A stretch of DNA of 38,023 nucleotides from positions 933,204-971,226 of the forward strand of contig NW_005434660.1 in NCBI RefSeq assembly GCF_000315625.1, in the 5' to 3' direction. The notes under the pieces are model-generated. The model was given only the letters and a program-made list of their open reading frames with translations. It ran no database searches and was not told the origin of the DNA. This DNA is from Guillardia theta CCMP2712 (taxonomy: Eukaryota; Protista; Cryptophyta). Shown here in pieces: positions 11,929 to 22,635 of the stretch. How positions within the stretch are numbered: position 1 is the first letter of the stretch; each line of letters opens with the position of its first letter. The position numbers were made by a program, and so were the translations under genes.

Positions 11929-13249
11929 ATTCTTAATCTGTTCTATCTTCTTGAGCTTGTAAAATTGATCTGAGAGGTCTGAAAGACTTACGACGCCACC
12001 TTGTACTCTACAGCTTCAACAATATGCCTCCACTCACAAACCTAATCCTTCACCCTTGACTTTAATGGATATATCCCTGTTTCTAGGCAATGTTGTTCAA
12101 CATCCACACACTTAGATTATGTCTTTCTGTCAATCAGCACCCGACGCCAGGTTTCAGCAAGCATCGCTTTCCTTGGTACGAAATGTTCTTTCAACCGATC
12201 CTCCCTCCCTCCTGCCACGAATGACCTGCGATTTCCATCCTCGGTCTACATCAGCATCATCAACTATCTTGTCATAGTAAAATCCTCCGATTCAACATCA
12301 CTCCTCCAGAATCCTTCTGCTGCTTCCTTGCCTGTTTCTGTCCCAGCCTCCCACACCCGCATCATGACACTTTCCTTTGCATACCAAGTTCTACACAAAC
12401 ATTCTACCATGGATCATCAATGTTTCTACATGGATCTCCTGGTATCGCTCCGCCCTAGAGCACCATGATTGTGACGTCTTGGCTTCAAGCTATTGCTTAC
12501 TCCCTCAGTGTTTTGCACCATCACAAACGTTCACAACAAACCACGCGTCCTCCTCATCTTCACTCTTATCCTCGCCTCCTTCTCTCTGTAAGAACATCTT
12601 GTTTCCATCTATCATATCCTCTCTCCTCTTCCTCCACCTCCTCTTCCCCTCCTTCATTCGCCCTTTCCCCTCCCTAGCGCCTGCATGAAAACATTTCCAC
12701 CCACACCTTCCCCCAAACTATCACCCCTACCCTCTAGAGTCTCTTTCTGTAATATCTCACCCCGCCTATAGATACTAAAAAGGTCTCAATTACACGGGTT
12801 GTCTTGTACCCCACCCCCTGAAATAGTCCTCCTACTATATTTTGATAGCTCATCACTCCTCTACACCTCAAGTCTTCATACCCCCCAATTTCACTACCCC
12901 CACCCCCAATCAAACCTTTAGACTGAAAAGTACCCATTTACTTAATACCCTACCCTCAAAATTGAAAGAAAAGTTAGTAATAAAAGAGCTCCACCACCCT
13001 ATCCATTTTCTTGACACCCCTCTTTTCACGCATCCGGTGCAAGGTACCCTCTCTCTTCCTCAACTACCCCCACGTATCGAGTCGTGAGACATACGTCTAC
13101 CCCTTTCTCCTACGTAAAATACCCTACCAGATTAGAATGTCCAACCCCAGGGGAACAGACCGGTGATATGGATTAGATGGGGTGGGTACATGACTAGGGG
13201 TGGGGGGGGATCAGGTTACCTGGTCTGCAAACTTTCGCGGATTCCGAAG

Positions 13250-13520
13250 TTTGACCGGGGTCCACCCGGGCCGGGCCGGCCGCGGCGGCGAATCGGCAGG
13301 GGCCCAGTGTGCCCAGCGGGACTCCGAGTCTCAGCAGGGCGGTGAGTCCCGGATCGGTGACTCAGTGGCCACCAAGCCAGCCCGAGGGCCCGCCAGCGGC
13401 CGCTCCGAGGCTCAGCGGCCGGGCCGCCGTCACGGCCGAGTACTAACTCAGAACAGGCTCGGAACGTTCAACCGGCGGCCCGGCGCCGCCGTGAATGCCG
13501 TGCAGTCACAGTGACTGATG
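13250..13520. promoter_or_regulatory. CpG-rich intergenic block with GTCAC/GACTC motifs
   Basis: Very GC/CpG-rich. Contains GACTCCGAGTC at 13320-13330 and the palindrome CAGTCAC-A-GTGACTG at 13503-13517. Function is inferred. Confidence 0.5.
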
Positions 13521-13735
13521 GTCCGGCTGATTGTTTACATAAAACTTTGAACGATCTTCTACAGTGCACACTTGCTCTCCGACCGTGCGGCTGACGCGGA
13601 TCGATAGGAAGAGGGAGATAGAGGGAAACCCATGGCACGGTCATAATTGAAAGAGCACGGAGTGAGACGAAGCCTTGAAGCGCCACGCCGTGGCCCGGGC
13701 ACCGCCTGAAAGTCAGGACTGAACAGCGAAGCCGA

Positions 13736-15796
13736 CTAGTGAGATGGCGGGTCAGGAGCGCAGGGCTCTGTCTGGCCATCAGGACCAGCTTCCTTCTTGA
13801 GCTGCCATTGCACAGTAAGCACAACTTCTTCCCCCAACTCCTCACCAGGCACAGGCTGTCGCAGGTGCAGCCGTAGGCATGTGGTTTGAGGCACTTGATG
13901 GTGTTGAGGGGGATGGAGATGTGCGGGCATTCCTCGCGGTCCTTCACCTCGTTCCACATGAGGTAACCCAGGAGGATGCGGAGGATTCCCTGCGGTTCGG
14001 CTCAGAGCTTCAGTGAGCACAAGGAGCCTCAAGACCTGGTGAGCGATGATTAGCACATGGTCCCTCTGCCGCTCGAGCTCGTGGATGATCGTGTCCAGCC
14101 TCTGGAACACGTCCAAGTACGACTCTCCTCGCGGGTACCTGACCATGCATGTGAGGTCTGGAGGAGGAGCGGGTGGTATCTCACCGGTACCCCAGCTTGT
14201 CCTTTTTTCTCATGGCGAACTCCTCCGGGTCTGCCGCCTCGATCTCCGCGTATGTCATGCCGTCAAAAATCCCCGCGTGGATCTCATCCAGCGCGTGCCA
14301 CTCCCTGCCATGCGACTGCTCAGCTAACCTCTTGCCACCTGCACGCACGCGCACCGGGGACGCATCACGATCCAAGGCTGCCCATCGAGCATGATCTCGT
14401 CGTGACGGATGTGCTTCCCTGCGACAGGATAAACTCAGATCCCGTCAACACGGCGGGCTCAAGCTTCATTCACCGGTCTCAATAGTTCGCTTCAGAGTAG
14501 AAGTCCATAGCCGCGCGCGAGGGTTGTCAACGAGGATGTTCTTGTGCACCCAGGCTGCCAGCGCTGTGGCGTACTCCTCGCCGTGGGCAGTGAGAGACGA
14601 GTCCCCTCCGATCTTCTGGGTGAGGTTGTATTCGCTTTGTCCATGTCGTGTCAGGTAGATCATCTTCGGTGAAGTGTGAAGATTCATAACAAAGGACGCG
14701 ATTCTTCCAGGCAAGTATCCGAAAATCTTGTTGAGAACCACCTGCAAGAATCTTCAGCGCTTGCGCTGGTGGGATCCAGGTCAAGTACAACAACCTGCTG
14801 TCCGCCATTTACAGTTTTAATCCAGCTGTACTCCTTGTCTTGATCAGACAAAGGCTCGTAGTGCTGCATGTAATGCGCAATCCTCTGTTTGTTCAGAAGT
14901 CAACCTGTGACTCACCTACCAAGAAATCCTTCACGAGTTCGCACCTTCTTGAAATCTGCGACAGCTACGTCTGGCTCCATAGATTGATAATCCGGCATAC
15001 TCAGCTTTGTCGCCCTGAAAAAATTCTTTCAGCCATCGTACAAGGTTGCTAGAGCAAACTATCACACCTGATGTTGTTCTCAACCATGTTCTCGTCTTCA
15101 CAAACAGATTCGACGAAGATGATGTGGGATTTGGACTGCAACGGCTCCCATGAATACTTCTCCTGACAAGATCTGCAGGGAGAAAACCTGAAGGATGGGG
15201 CTCAATTCATCGATGAGCCATTGCCGACGGGTCCGAGTGTTGTTAGTCGCATCGAATATCGCCACTCGCCCTTTCTCCATTCCAGACTGCAAGGAGCGAC
15301 CTCGTAAGTTTCCGACACAGTTTCCTTCCTTCACTCACCGATATAAACTTCTTCAGGTCCTCCAGCGCTGCATGGGAACATTCCTGAGCGATCACTCTAA
15401 CTTCTGGTTCATCCTCAACTTGAATAGAGTTACCCTTCGAGCCTTCACACCCTCAGGGTTGGAATGGTCGAAGAAATCGTGCTCAACGCAGGAACCAAAC
15501 ATCTTCCTTCGGTAGTTGCCGACATTAAACACTTGGGTGGGAGCCCCGTGGAAGAAGGAAAGATAGCGCTGCAGCTTGTTGGCGATATAGGTCTTGCCCC
15601 TTGCTGGCAGACCGACCATGGCAATTACAAGCTTGTCGCCTTGGGTTCCATGCTGTTTCAAAGTCAAACTCCAACATGCAACAAGTCGAATCGCAAGCAC
15701 ATCAGCATCTCCAGGAGGAAGAACTTCCTGCGGCTTAGGGTTCTGCGATGATGATTCCATGAAGGTCTTCTTCTGCGAAAGCGTGGTGCCTCCCAT
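13736..15796 (-). CDS. PFKFB: Bifunctional 6-phosphofructo-2-kinase/fructose-2,6-bisphosphatase, multi-exon
   Basis: Kinase P-loop IAMVGLPARGKTYIA, plus VFNVGNYRR and AIFDATNNTRTRR. Phosphatase motifs IYLTRHGQSEYN, WTSTLKRT, LDEIHAG, YRYPRGESYLD and IIAHQ. Introns are short GT-AG. Last exon LKKEAGPDGQTEPCAPDPPSH*. The start ATG (MGGTTLS) is inferred. Confidence 0.93.
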
Positions 15797-16449
15797 CTCC
15801 TCACGTTCCGTACTGGAGGGCAGTTCAAATCGCGATGTGACAAGCAACAAAGCTCGTAGCAAACCTCATGTTCAAGGCACGAAGTTTACATCCTTTCACA
15901 CTGCATGCTTCCAGTCTCTTTGCCCGACTGCACATCATGTGAGCATTTGAACACCATTCCAAGTCCTAGAAAACTTCTCCCTTCTCCCTCACGATCTCAG
16001 ACTCTCCTCTGCTGAAACCATAGCGCAGGTGGCACTCAACTAAGATGGTGACGATGCACACACCTTCACCACCTGATCCCCATCCACGTACAAATCTGTA
16101 GCTGGACCCCACCTCACGCCGACCAACAACAACCCCTGCCTCCCTTCCTCTATGTGCAATCCTCCTTGCCATTGCCATCTCCTGCTTCCGCTGTTCTTTC
16201 CGTCTTCCCTTTCATCTTTCGCTCTTCCCTTCCTTCCTATGCTACTCCTCCCCATCTTCCTCATCCTTCTTCAGCCCGTCCCTTCCCGCCATGCACGAGG
16301 CTCATAATTCGACCAACTACCCCATACTATCGCAAACAGCACCCCCGAAATTGTTCGAGTACCCCTGAATTACCTCAAAAGACCCGGTACTTTTCAAAGC
16401 CTTCCATCATTTGCACCACCCCTGACCCCTGCAGTCCACGCTTTCCGCC

Positions 16450-16945
16450 GATGCCCTGACCGTCGGTGAGACCGTACTGACGGTACGGTCACGGCGGGGC
16501 CGGCCCGGGCCCCGGCGTCAGTGCGGCCTCAAGTCACAAGTTACAAGTTAGCCTAGTAGCGCCGGGGAGCCCGGCGGGGGGCAACTTGACGTGCAACGGG
16601 CCGCCATGGTCGCGCCCCGATCAGCCTGAACGGCGTGACGGTGATCAAGTTACTCCGCGCCGCGCCGTAATCCGAAATCGGATGGCCCGGGCCGCCGGGT
16701 GACGGAGCCTCTGCGGCAGTAATCGGACAGACCGTCACCGGTGACCCGTCGCCGCGGCCACGCACCCGGATCGGACGGTCACTGTCAGCCGCTGCCAGGG
16801 CGGCGGCCCCGGGGGCCGGCCGCCTCTGCCACTCGGGCGGCCCGGAGTCACGGTGCCGCGGCCGGCCGGTGATCGTGACCATCGGACCGGACGGTCACAG
16901 TGTAACCGTTGAACCGTTGAACGGCGGGCAGTCACAATTGTGCGA
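16450..16945. promoter_or_regulatory. CpG-rich intergenic block with dense GTCAC/GTGAC motifs
   Basis: About ten GTCAC/GTGAC copies, including the palindrome GTCACCGGTGAC at 16734-16745. Confidence 0.5.
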
Positions 16946-17060
16946 GTGCGGGAGATGATACTACGGAATGATCAAAGGGAGATCGACCCTTGAAGTAGAA
17001 GTTTCATTGAATCTCTTAGGCTAACCTATACATACACAAAATTCAAAAACTGCTGCTGAG

Positions 17061-19688
17061 CTATGATCCCTCCGACACTGAGCGGACCCAGAACGTGTTC
17101 ATGATCCCCTTCCCCTTCACCATGATCCCCTTCTGCCCATTCGCATGCACCCGCTCCTCTATCTCGAACCTGCTCGAGCTCTCAAGCAGCAGGTCCCGCG
17201 TGTGCTCTGTCGCCTGCAGCAGTCCGGCCTTCCCCGTGCTCTCCATCCTGCTCGCCGTGTTGACAGTGTCCCCAAAGATGCTGTACTTGGGGACGGACGT
17301 TCCCAGTACGCCGGCAACGACAGGGCCCGACGCCATGCCTGCCCGCATGGAAATCGCATGACCGCTCCTCGTCATCTCCTCCAGTGCGTCCAAGGCGAAC
17401 TTGGCGACCTTGGCGGCGGCCTCTGACGGCTCACAGCGATCGGGAGCTCCACCGACTACCATGTAGGCGTCGCCGATGGTGTCGACCTTGCAGACTCCGT
17501 GCTTGTCAACGAGGTTGTCAAACTTGGTGTAGAGGTCGTTGAGGAGAGCGACGACCTCGAGAGGAGAAGACTGACCCGCCAGGTCCGTGAAGCCAACGAT
17601 GTCGGAGAAGAAGACCGTGACATCGTCGAACACTTCCACCACCTGCTGCCCGTTTTGAAGACGATGGACCACATGGCGCGGCATGATGCGGTAGAGCAGC
17701 TTCGAGTACTGCTTGTGGCTAAGGAGGAGGAGGAGGAGGAGTGTGGAGATGACGACCGATCCAGCCATGACGCCAGCGAGGGAGCCAACATACCACGCTT
17801 GCTTGAAACCAGACTCGTACGCGACCGTCAGGTTCCAGCAGCTCCATGAGAAGTCGACCATGATCTCAGCACCTCCGTTGAGGGACGAGGATCCTGCAGT
17901 TGCCAGAAGAACCTCGGGAGCAACGAGGAAGGAGCTATCAGGCTGCAGGACGTGTCTCGTTGTTGTGAGGTTGAAGAAGATTTCATCAGCTGCGAACTTT
18001 CTCTGGATCTTACTCAGGTTCACCATCATCTCGAAGTCGATCAACGCCGAGGCGAAGCCCCAGAAGGTCCCCTCGGAGCGAGAGCCTTTCAGCCCGACGT
18101 CGGCAGGAGCGAGAGAGCCTGCAATCTTTTCCTGCACGAAGATGGGGTAGTTGATCACCAACAGCCTCGAGCTCACGCCTGGCAGCGCCACGGGCGCGCT
18201 CATCGAGATCTTCCCGCTGGACAAGCTGTAGGCAGCCGCGTCCCTCAGCAGGGGGTCCTTGAGCAGATCCGTCCCGAAGAGCAGGGCCCCGGTCGACCCT
18301 GGGAAAGCCAAGCACATGATGCCTCTGGGAGAGAGCTGGATGCCGACGAGCGAGGAAGGGACTGAGGTAGCGGCCTGGATGTCTTGTATGGCACGTTGAA
18401 ACATGGCAGCAGCGGCAGGAGGGAGCTGAGAAGGCTGCAAGGAAGAGACGTCCTTGTTCGTTGCGTTGGCGACGAGAGCAGGGAGGTCGAGGAAAGTCCT
18501 TGACTGCTGCACAAGCACGGCAAGGGAGCTGAGGGGGGAGGCGACTCGTCCGATCTCTGCCATGAAGAAGTTTGCGGCCTCTTGCCCCAGCTCGCGCGCG
18601 AGATGGTCCTGGGAGGACTGGAAGGAGGAGACCCAGGTGAGAATGAGGGCGATGCCTCCTGCAACCAGGCAAGCACAGCAGACCAGCGTCCAAAAGAGCA
18701 TCGACAGGGTGATATGAGCGGTAAAGGTCCGGTAGCACTGGAGCAGGTAGGCAGACACCTTCTCGTACGAGGAAAGCTTCTTCTCTTCAAACCCCTGCAT
18801 CGACCACATTTCCACAGCATTTCCCTTCCAGAACTTATCGGTGCTGCTGAAGAGAGAATCTGCAGAGGACTTTCGCCGCAAGCCTGTTGTGCTGTGGAAG
18901 CTTGAAGGGCGAGAGTTGTCCGAAGCCGTAGCAGTGAAGTTGTCTCTACCCTGATCAAGCTCATCGTAACCATGGCAAGTATCAAATTCGTTGACATGGC
19001 ATCTCCTCGCAAAGTAGTCAGCATGCCGCTTCATCAAGACCGCAAAGTTGTTGCAGCTTCCCGACAAAATGCTCTCAATGCCTGCCACCCCCAACTTGGA
19101 GATGCTCTGAAGATCGTTGAAACCGTGACCCAGCGGAAGCACGCTCGCCATGTCATGAAGTATCCCGATGCTCTGCAGCCACTCGGCGATCTTGGAGATC
19201 TTGATCTCATCAGCCACTGCCCTCTCGAACGCCTCGATATCAAGCCTCTTGTATTTCCGTATCAGGTCGAGGCTGATAGAATGCTTTCGCAAGCAGTATT
19301 CCAACTCTTGGATCGCCTTGTACTTGCCCTTGTCTCCCATCACGTGGAAGTCAAGAGTCATCTCCGTCGGATTATTGCATACAGCGATGAAGAGTTTCTT
19401 CAGGTTCTCCAAGGAAAATCCTTTCTTCATCAACACGTGCAGGTTTACGATGCGGCTAAAGTCTTCGTAGGTGATTTCATCACCATCGCGAGCGATGTAG
19501 GCGAACAAGCTGTCTATCTCCTCTCGTTCCACAACGATGCCAAGGTCGTACATGGCCAGACGAACCATGTTCTTCGGCAGGAAACCAACTTTTGTGAATG
19601 AGTACCGCCGTAGAATGTATTCAAAGTGTCCTAGTGGAGGAGGTTCGATACAAACCTGAATGGTTTGTGTATCGATGGACTCAGACAT
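17061..19688 (-). CDS. Membrane class III nucleotide (adenylate/guanylate) cyclase with CHASE sensor domain and degenerate N-terminal EF-hand-like region
   Basis: 875-aa uninterrupted ORF. TM1 is LFWTLVCCACLVAGGIALILTWV. CHASE-like segment IQLSPRGIMCLAFP..GTDLLKDP..SAPVAL..YPIF..FWGFASALIDF. TM2 is SLAGVMAGSVVISTLLLLLLL. Cyclase motifs LLYRIMP, VTVFFSDIVGFT, KVDTIGDAYMVVGG, MRAGMASGPVVAGVLG, YSIFGDTVNTASRMESTG, VKGKGIMNTFW. An acceptor-like CAG just upstream of the ATG means a short 5' exon is possible. Confidence 0.92.
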   Translation of the reverse strand: MSESIDTQTIQVCIEPPPLGHFEYILRRYSFTKVGFLPKNMVRLAMYDLGIVVEREEIDSLFAYIARDGDEITYEDFSRIVNLHVLMKKGFSLENLKKLFIAVCNNPTEMTLDFHVMGDKGKYKAIQELEYCLRKHSISLDLIRKYKRLDIEAFERAVADEIKISKIAEWLQSIGILHDMASVLPLGHGFNDLQSISKLGVAGIESILSGSCNNFAVLMKRHADYFARRCHVNEFDTCHGYDELDQGRDNFTATASDNSRPSSFHSTTGLRRKSSADSLFSSTDKFWKGNAVEMWSMQGFEEKKLSSYEKVSAYLLQCYRTFTAHITLSMLFWTLVCCACLVAGGIALILTWVSSFQSSQDHLARELGQEAANFFMAEIGRVASPLSSLAVLVQQSRTFLDLPALVANATNKDVSSLQPSQLPPAAAAMFQRAIQDIQAATSVPSSLVGIQLSPRGIMCLAFPGSTGALLFGTDLLKDPLLRDAAAYSLSSGKISMSAPVALPGVSSRLLVINYPIFVQEKIAGSLAPADVGLKGSRSEGTFWGFASALIDFEMMVNLSKIQRKFAADEIFFNLTTTRHVLQPDSSFLVAPEVLLATAGSSSLNGGAEIMVDFSWSCWNLTVAYESGFKQAWYVGSLAGVMAGSVVISTLLLLLLLSHKQYSKLLYRIMPRHVVHRLQNGQQVVEVFDDVTVFFSDIVGFTDLAGQSSPLEVVALLNDLYTKFDNLVDKHGVCKVDTIGDAYMVVGGAPDRCEPSEAAAKVAKFALDALEEMTRSGHAISMRAGMASGPVVAGVLGTSVPKYSIFGDTVNTASRMESTGKAGLLQATEHTRDLLLESSSRFEIEERVHANGQKGIMVKGKGIMNTFWVRSVSEGS

Positions 19689-20004
19689 GTCCTGACAAGA
19701 GCGTTTCTGCCTGTCTTGCTTCTTTCCTCTGCTTACGGTCTCTCCCGTTCACCCCAAGCAATCTCTTCGGAGCCTGCGATGTTTTCCGTTTTTCAATCGC
19801 AAGCCCCGCGTCTCCTTGCTTGAGCCCAATGAAGGGAGCAGAGCGATCAATTTGAACGCGCCAACTGATCGCTGCAAGGTCGCATGCCCTTGTGTCCAAG
19901 AGAGGCAAGTCCCTTAACCCGGTGACGCCCTTGCATCATCACATTCCACGCTGTCCTGTTCCTGCATAGATTTGCTCCTCCTCTCCTCTCCTGCCCTCTC
20001 CTTG

Positions 20005-20063
20005 TTCCTCTCTCCTCTCCTCTCCTCTCCTCTCCTCTCCTCTCCTCTCCTCTCCTCTCCTCT
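20005..20063 (+). repeat. (CTCTC)n microsatellite upstream of the cyclase
   Basis: Tandem pentamer. Confidence 0.9.
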
Positions 20064-20817
20064 CGTTGTTTCTCTCTCTTCTTCCTTCGTCAATCGCCTT
20101 CTCCTGCTCGCGTTCCTCGTAAAATGGTGATAATCTCATCCGCCTCTCCCTAGCACCTTTTCAAGCCCAATTCTTGGAATATTTTTTAAACAATGGGGTG
20201 GGTCCGTTCTGTGGAGACCACCCAAAGGGGGGTAGGGGTACATATGGAACGGGTATATTCCATAGAAATGCCAGGGGTCTGATAGGGTGGGAAGGTGGTT
20301 AGGCTCATCAAGAAGGGGTCCGGGTGGGATCCGGGTTGAGTGGAGTTAACTAGAGTGGAAGATTATTGGGGTTGAACAGAATTATCTTTGTTCTAGGGGA
20401 ATAGTGGGTACGTAAACGGGAAAAGGGGGGTGGGGTAGTTAAATCTACAGGGTGGGTAGAGGTTGAGGAGATGTAACTTTGGTCTCGAACTCGTAGCCCT
20501 TGGGATCACGCAAAGGTATGTCACAGGGTGGGGTACTTGTGGGGCCTAGGGGGGGTGATGACTCGTTACGAAATCTCGAACACTCGAAACCACATGTTTT
20601 GGAACTCTGTACCGAACTGTACCATTTATAACGGTTTCCGTTATTTCGGGCTTGAGTTGACCTAGCGGCGGTAGACCGTACGGTAAGTTTAATAAAATAT
20701 GATCCGAGAATCGATAGAAAACGGGTAGAAAACTTGACTCTGTGACTTTTATAGAGCAACTATTCGACTCAACCGCCGGAACTGGGATGCCGTACTTACT
20801 AATAAGTACTATTCCAC

Positions 20818-22327
20818 TTAACTAAAACCCAGATCGGACGGTGGGCCAGGCGCCGTTACTGGCCGATTAACTTTTGTGTTTTTGCGGCGGGGCCGCGAGG
20901 CTGGCAGACCCGTAGCCTCTGTGTGCCGATTGACCTCTGTCGCCTCCATGTCTGGTAGCGGGATATAAAACCTCCTAGTGAAGCGACGGATGGCAGCGTC
21001 GTCAAGCTCCTGCATGTCCATCGTCAGTAGTGATCCCGGCTGTGCAGCAGCAGGTTAACACGCATCTGTCACTTATTACCTGTGGTCGGTTTGTAGCTCC
21101 GATCACAAGCAACCGCGCATCGTGGTTCTGCACGCTTCAAGGTCAGAGAACAACCCTCACAAAACTTATTTCACTGTTTCAAATCCATCCATCCGAGTGA
21201 GTAATTCACTTTTCAGGCTCCTGACTTTGCCTGTGAGGAAGAACACAGACTGAAAGCCCTTCCACCTGACCCACGAAGCATCATTTCCCCTTCTTGCCAG
21301 CAGGATACCATCTACTTCGTCAAAGAATATGACGGAAGGCTGCCTGCCAATCAGTCTCTGTCCTTCATGTCTATTGTTTGTACTCAACTTACCTGCATTT
21401 GCTCTGCCAGCGTAAAAACGGTTCTAACAACCTTCTCCGAATCTCCAACATACTGAGGATATAAACTCATCAGACAAGCTTTATCACTCACAAGGCCCTC
21501 GCGTCCCAGTTCAGCATCTATGTCAACAACTTCATCGCTTTGGGTATGTGCAGCAACACGTCTGAGACAAGCAATAGCAGGCAGTGACTCATCATGGTTC
21601 TCTTAATGACCTTCTGTTCTTACCTTCTGTTGAATCAAGGAGGTGGACAGGTGAAAGAATGTACAGTTCATTTCACTTGCAACAGCCTTGGCCTGTTACA
21701 AATACCCCCAGCCAAACATGCAACGGAGGCGAAGCTGAGTATGTCAACCAGCAACGTCTTCCCATTCCCGGGAGGGCCGAAGAGAAGAACCCCTGCAATG
21801 CACAGCCGCCGTAAATGTCTCAATGTGATGCGCGACACAGGTTGAGGTCTCGTGGTGCCGTACCTCTTGGAGGAGCTCGGATGCCCTTGAAGAGATCCGG
21901 TCGAAGGGAAGGAAAGACCAATGCTTCCTGAAGAACTTGCTTGGTGCCATCCAACCCTGCAATCTGTTTGAAGTTCGTTCCAGCTCTTCGGTCAACCACT
22001 TCGTCGAGAACCTTCTCCGCCTGATACATGTCTCTTACATACCTCCTGGTGACCAATACTACGTACCCATTCGTAATCAATCCCTTTGATCCATCCTCGT
22101 TTAATCTTGATCAAAATCTCCCCTCGCGTCATCGGCGGCTTAGCCTCAGGTAGAGCGTGCGCAGACTGCGTCTGCTGTGAAGAATCGCTCAAGGCTCTTT
22201 TATAGAGGAACAGTGCGGCTGTGAACGAGAAGACGGAGGGAGGACGACGGAGCAAGCTGGGCCTGGAGCAAGCAGTCATCATCATAGGCGCTCGCCATGT
22301 AGACGCCAGCATTCCCTGACACAGCAT
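20818..22327 (-). CDS. Spastin-like meiotic-clade AAA ATPase; no MIT domain and apparently truncated after the second region of homology (possible pseudogene)
   Basis: Spliced: KGIDYEW|AEKVLDEVVD..IAGLDGTKQVLQEALVFPSLRPDLFKGIRAPPR|GVLLFGPPGNGKTLL|AKAVASE..LIQQK|YVGDSEKVVR..|PSVIFFDEVDGIL..LKSELLTRMDG..|LLVIGATNRPQ|ELDDAAIRRFTRRFYIPLPDMEA. GPPGNGKT and KYVG are spastin-type. Confidence 0.8.
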
Positions 22328-22354
22328 TCTCGGCAGCTTCAAAGAGGATACCAG

Positions 22355-22635
22355 AGGGTCTCCGCGGGCTTCCGCGGAGGAGCTGGTACTAAACTTTCAC
22401 TCAATCGCCTGCTGCAAATCCTACCGCCCGACTGACGTGCATTTCAAGTTTCCTACCCGGCACTAGCTGCTGAGTCACGGTCCCCCGCGGGTTTGCCCGG
22501 GCCTCAGCCGCCGGGCCGCGCCTCACCGAGTCCGCCGGTAACAGTGACTCCTCTTCGGTCGTGAGTGACGCCGGCGGCCCCCCGCCGACTCAGGTTGTGG
22601 CCGCATGGCTCCGACTCCGAGGCTCGCTGAGGCGG
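22355..22635. promoter_or_regulatory. CpG-rich block directly upstream of the spastin-like gene
   Basis: Contains TGAGTCACGG, CAGTGACTC, GAGTGACG and GACTCCGAG. Confidence 0.5.

Noticed and set aside
12695-13225. Interstitial telomeric repeats
   Set aside because: The C/G runs have no fixed period or unit.
15776-15796. N-myristoylation of PFKFB (MG start) as in the plant enzyme
   Set aside because: MGGTTLS lacks Ser/Thr at position 6, and the start codon itself is uncertain.
16450-16945. Structured RNA gene or Arg/Pro-rich ORFs in the GC-rich blocks
   Set aside because: No tRNA, rRNA or snRNA hallmarks. The ORFs are the expected by-product of high GC.
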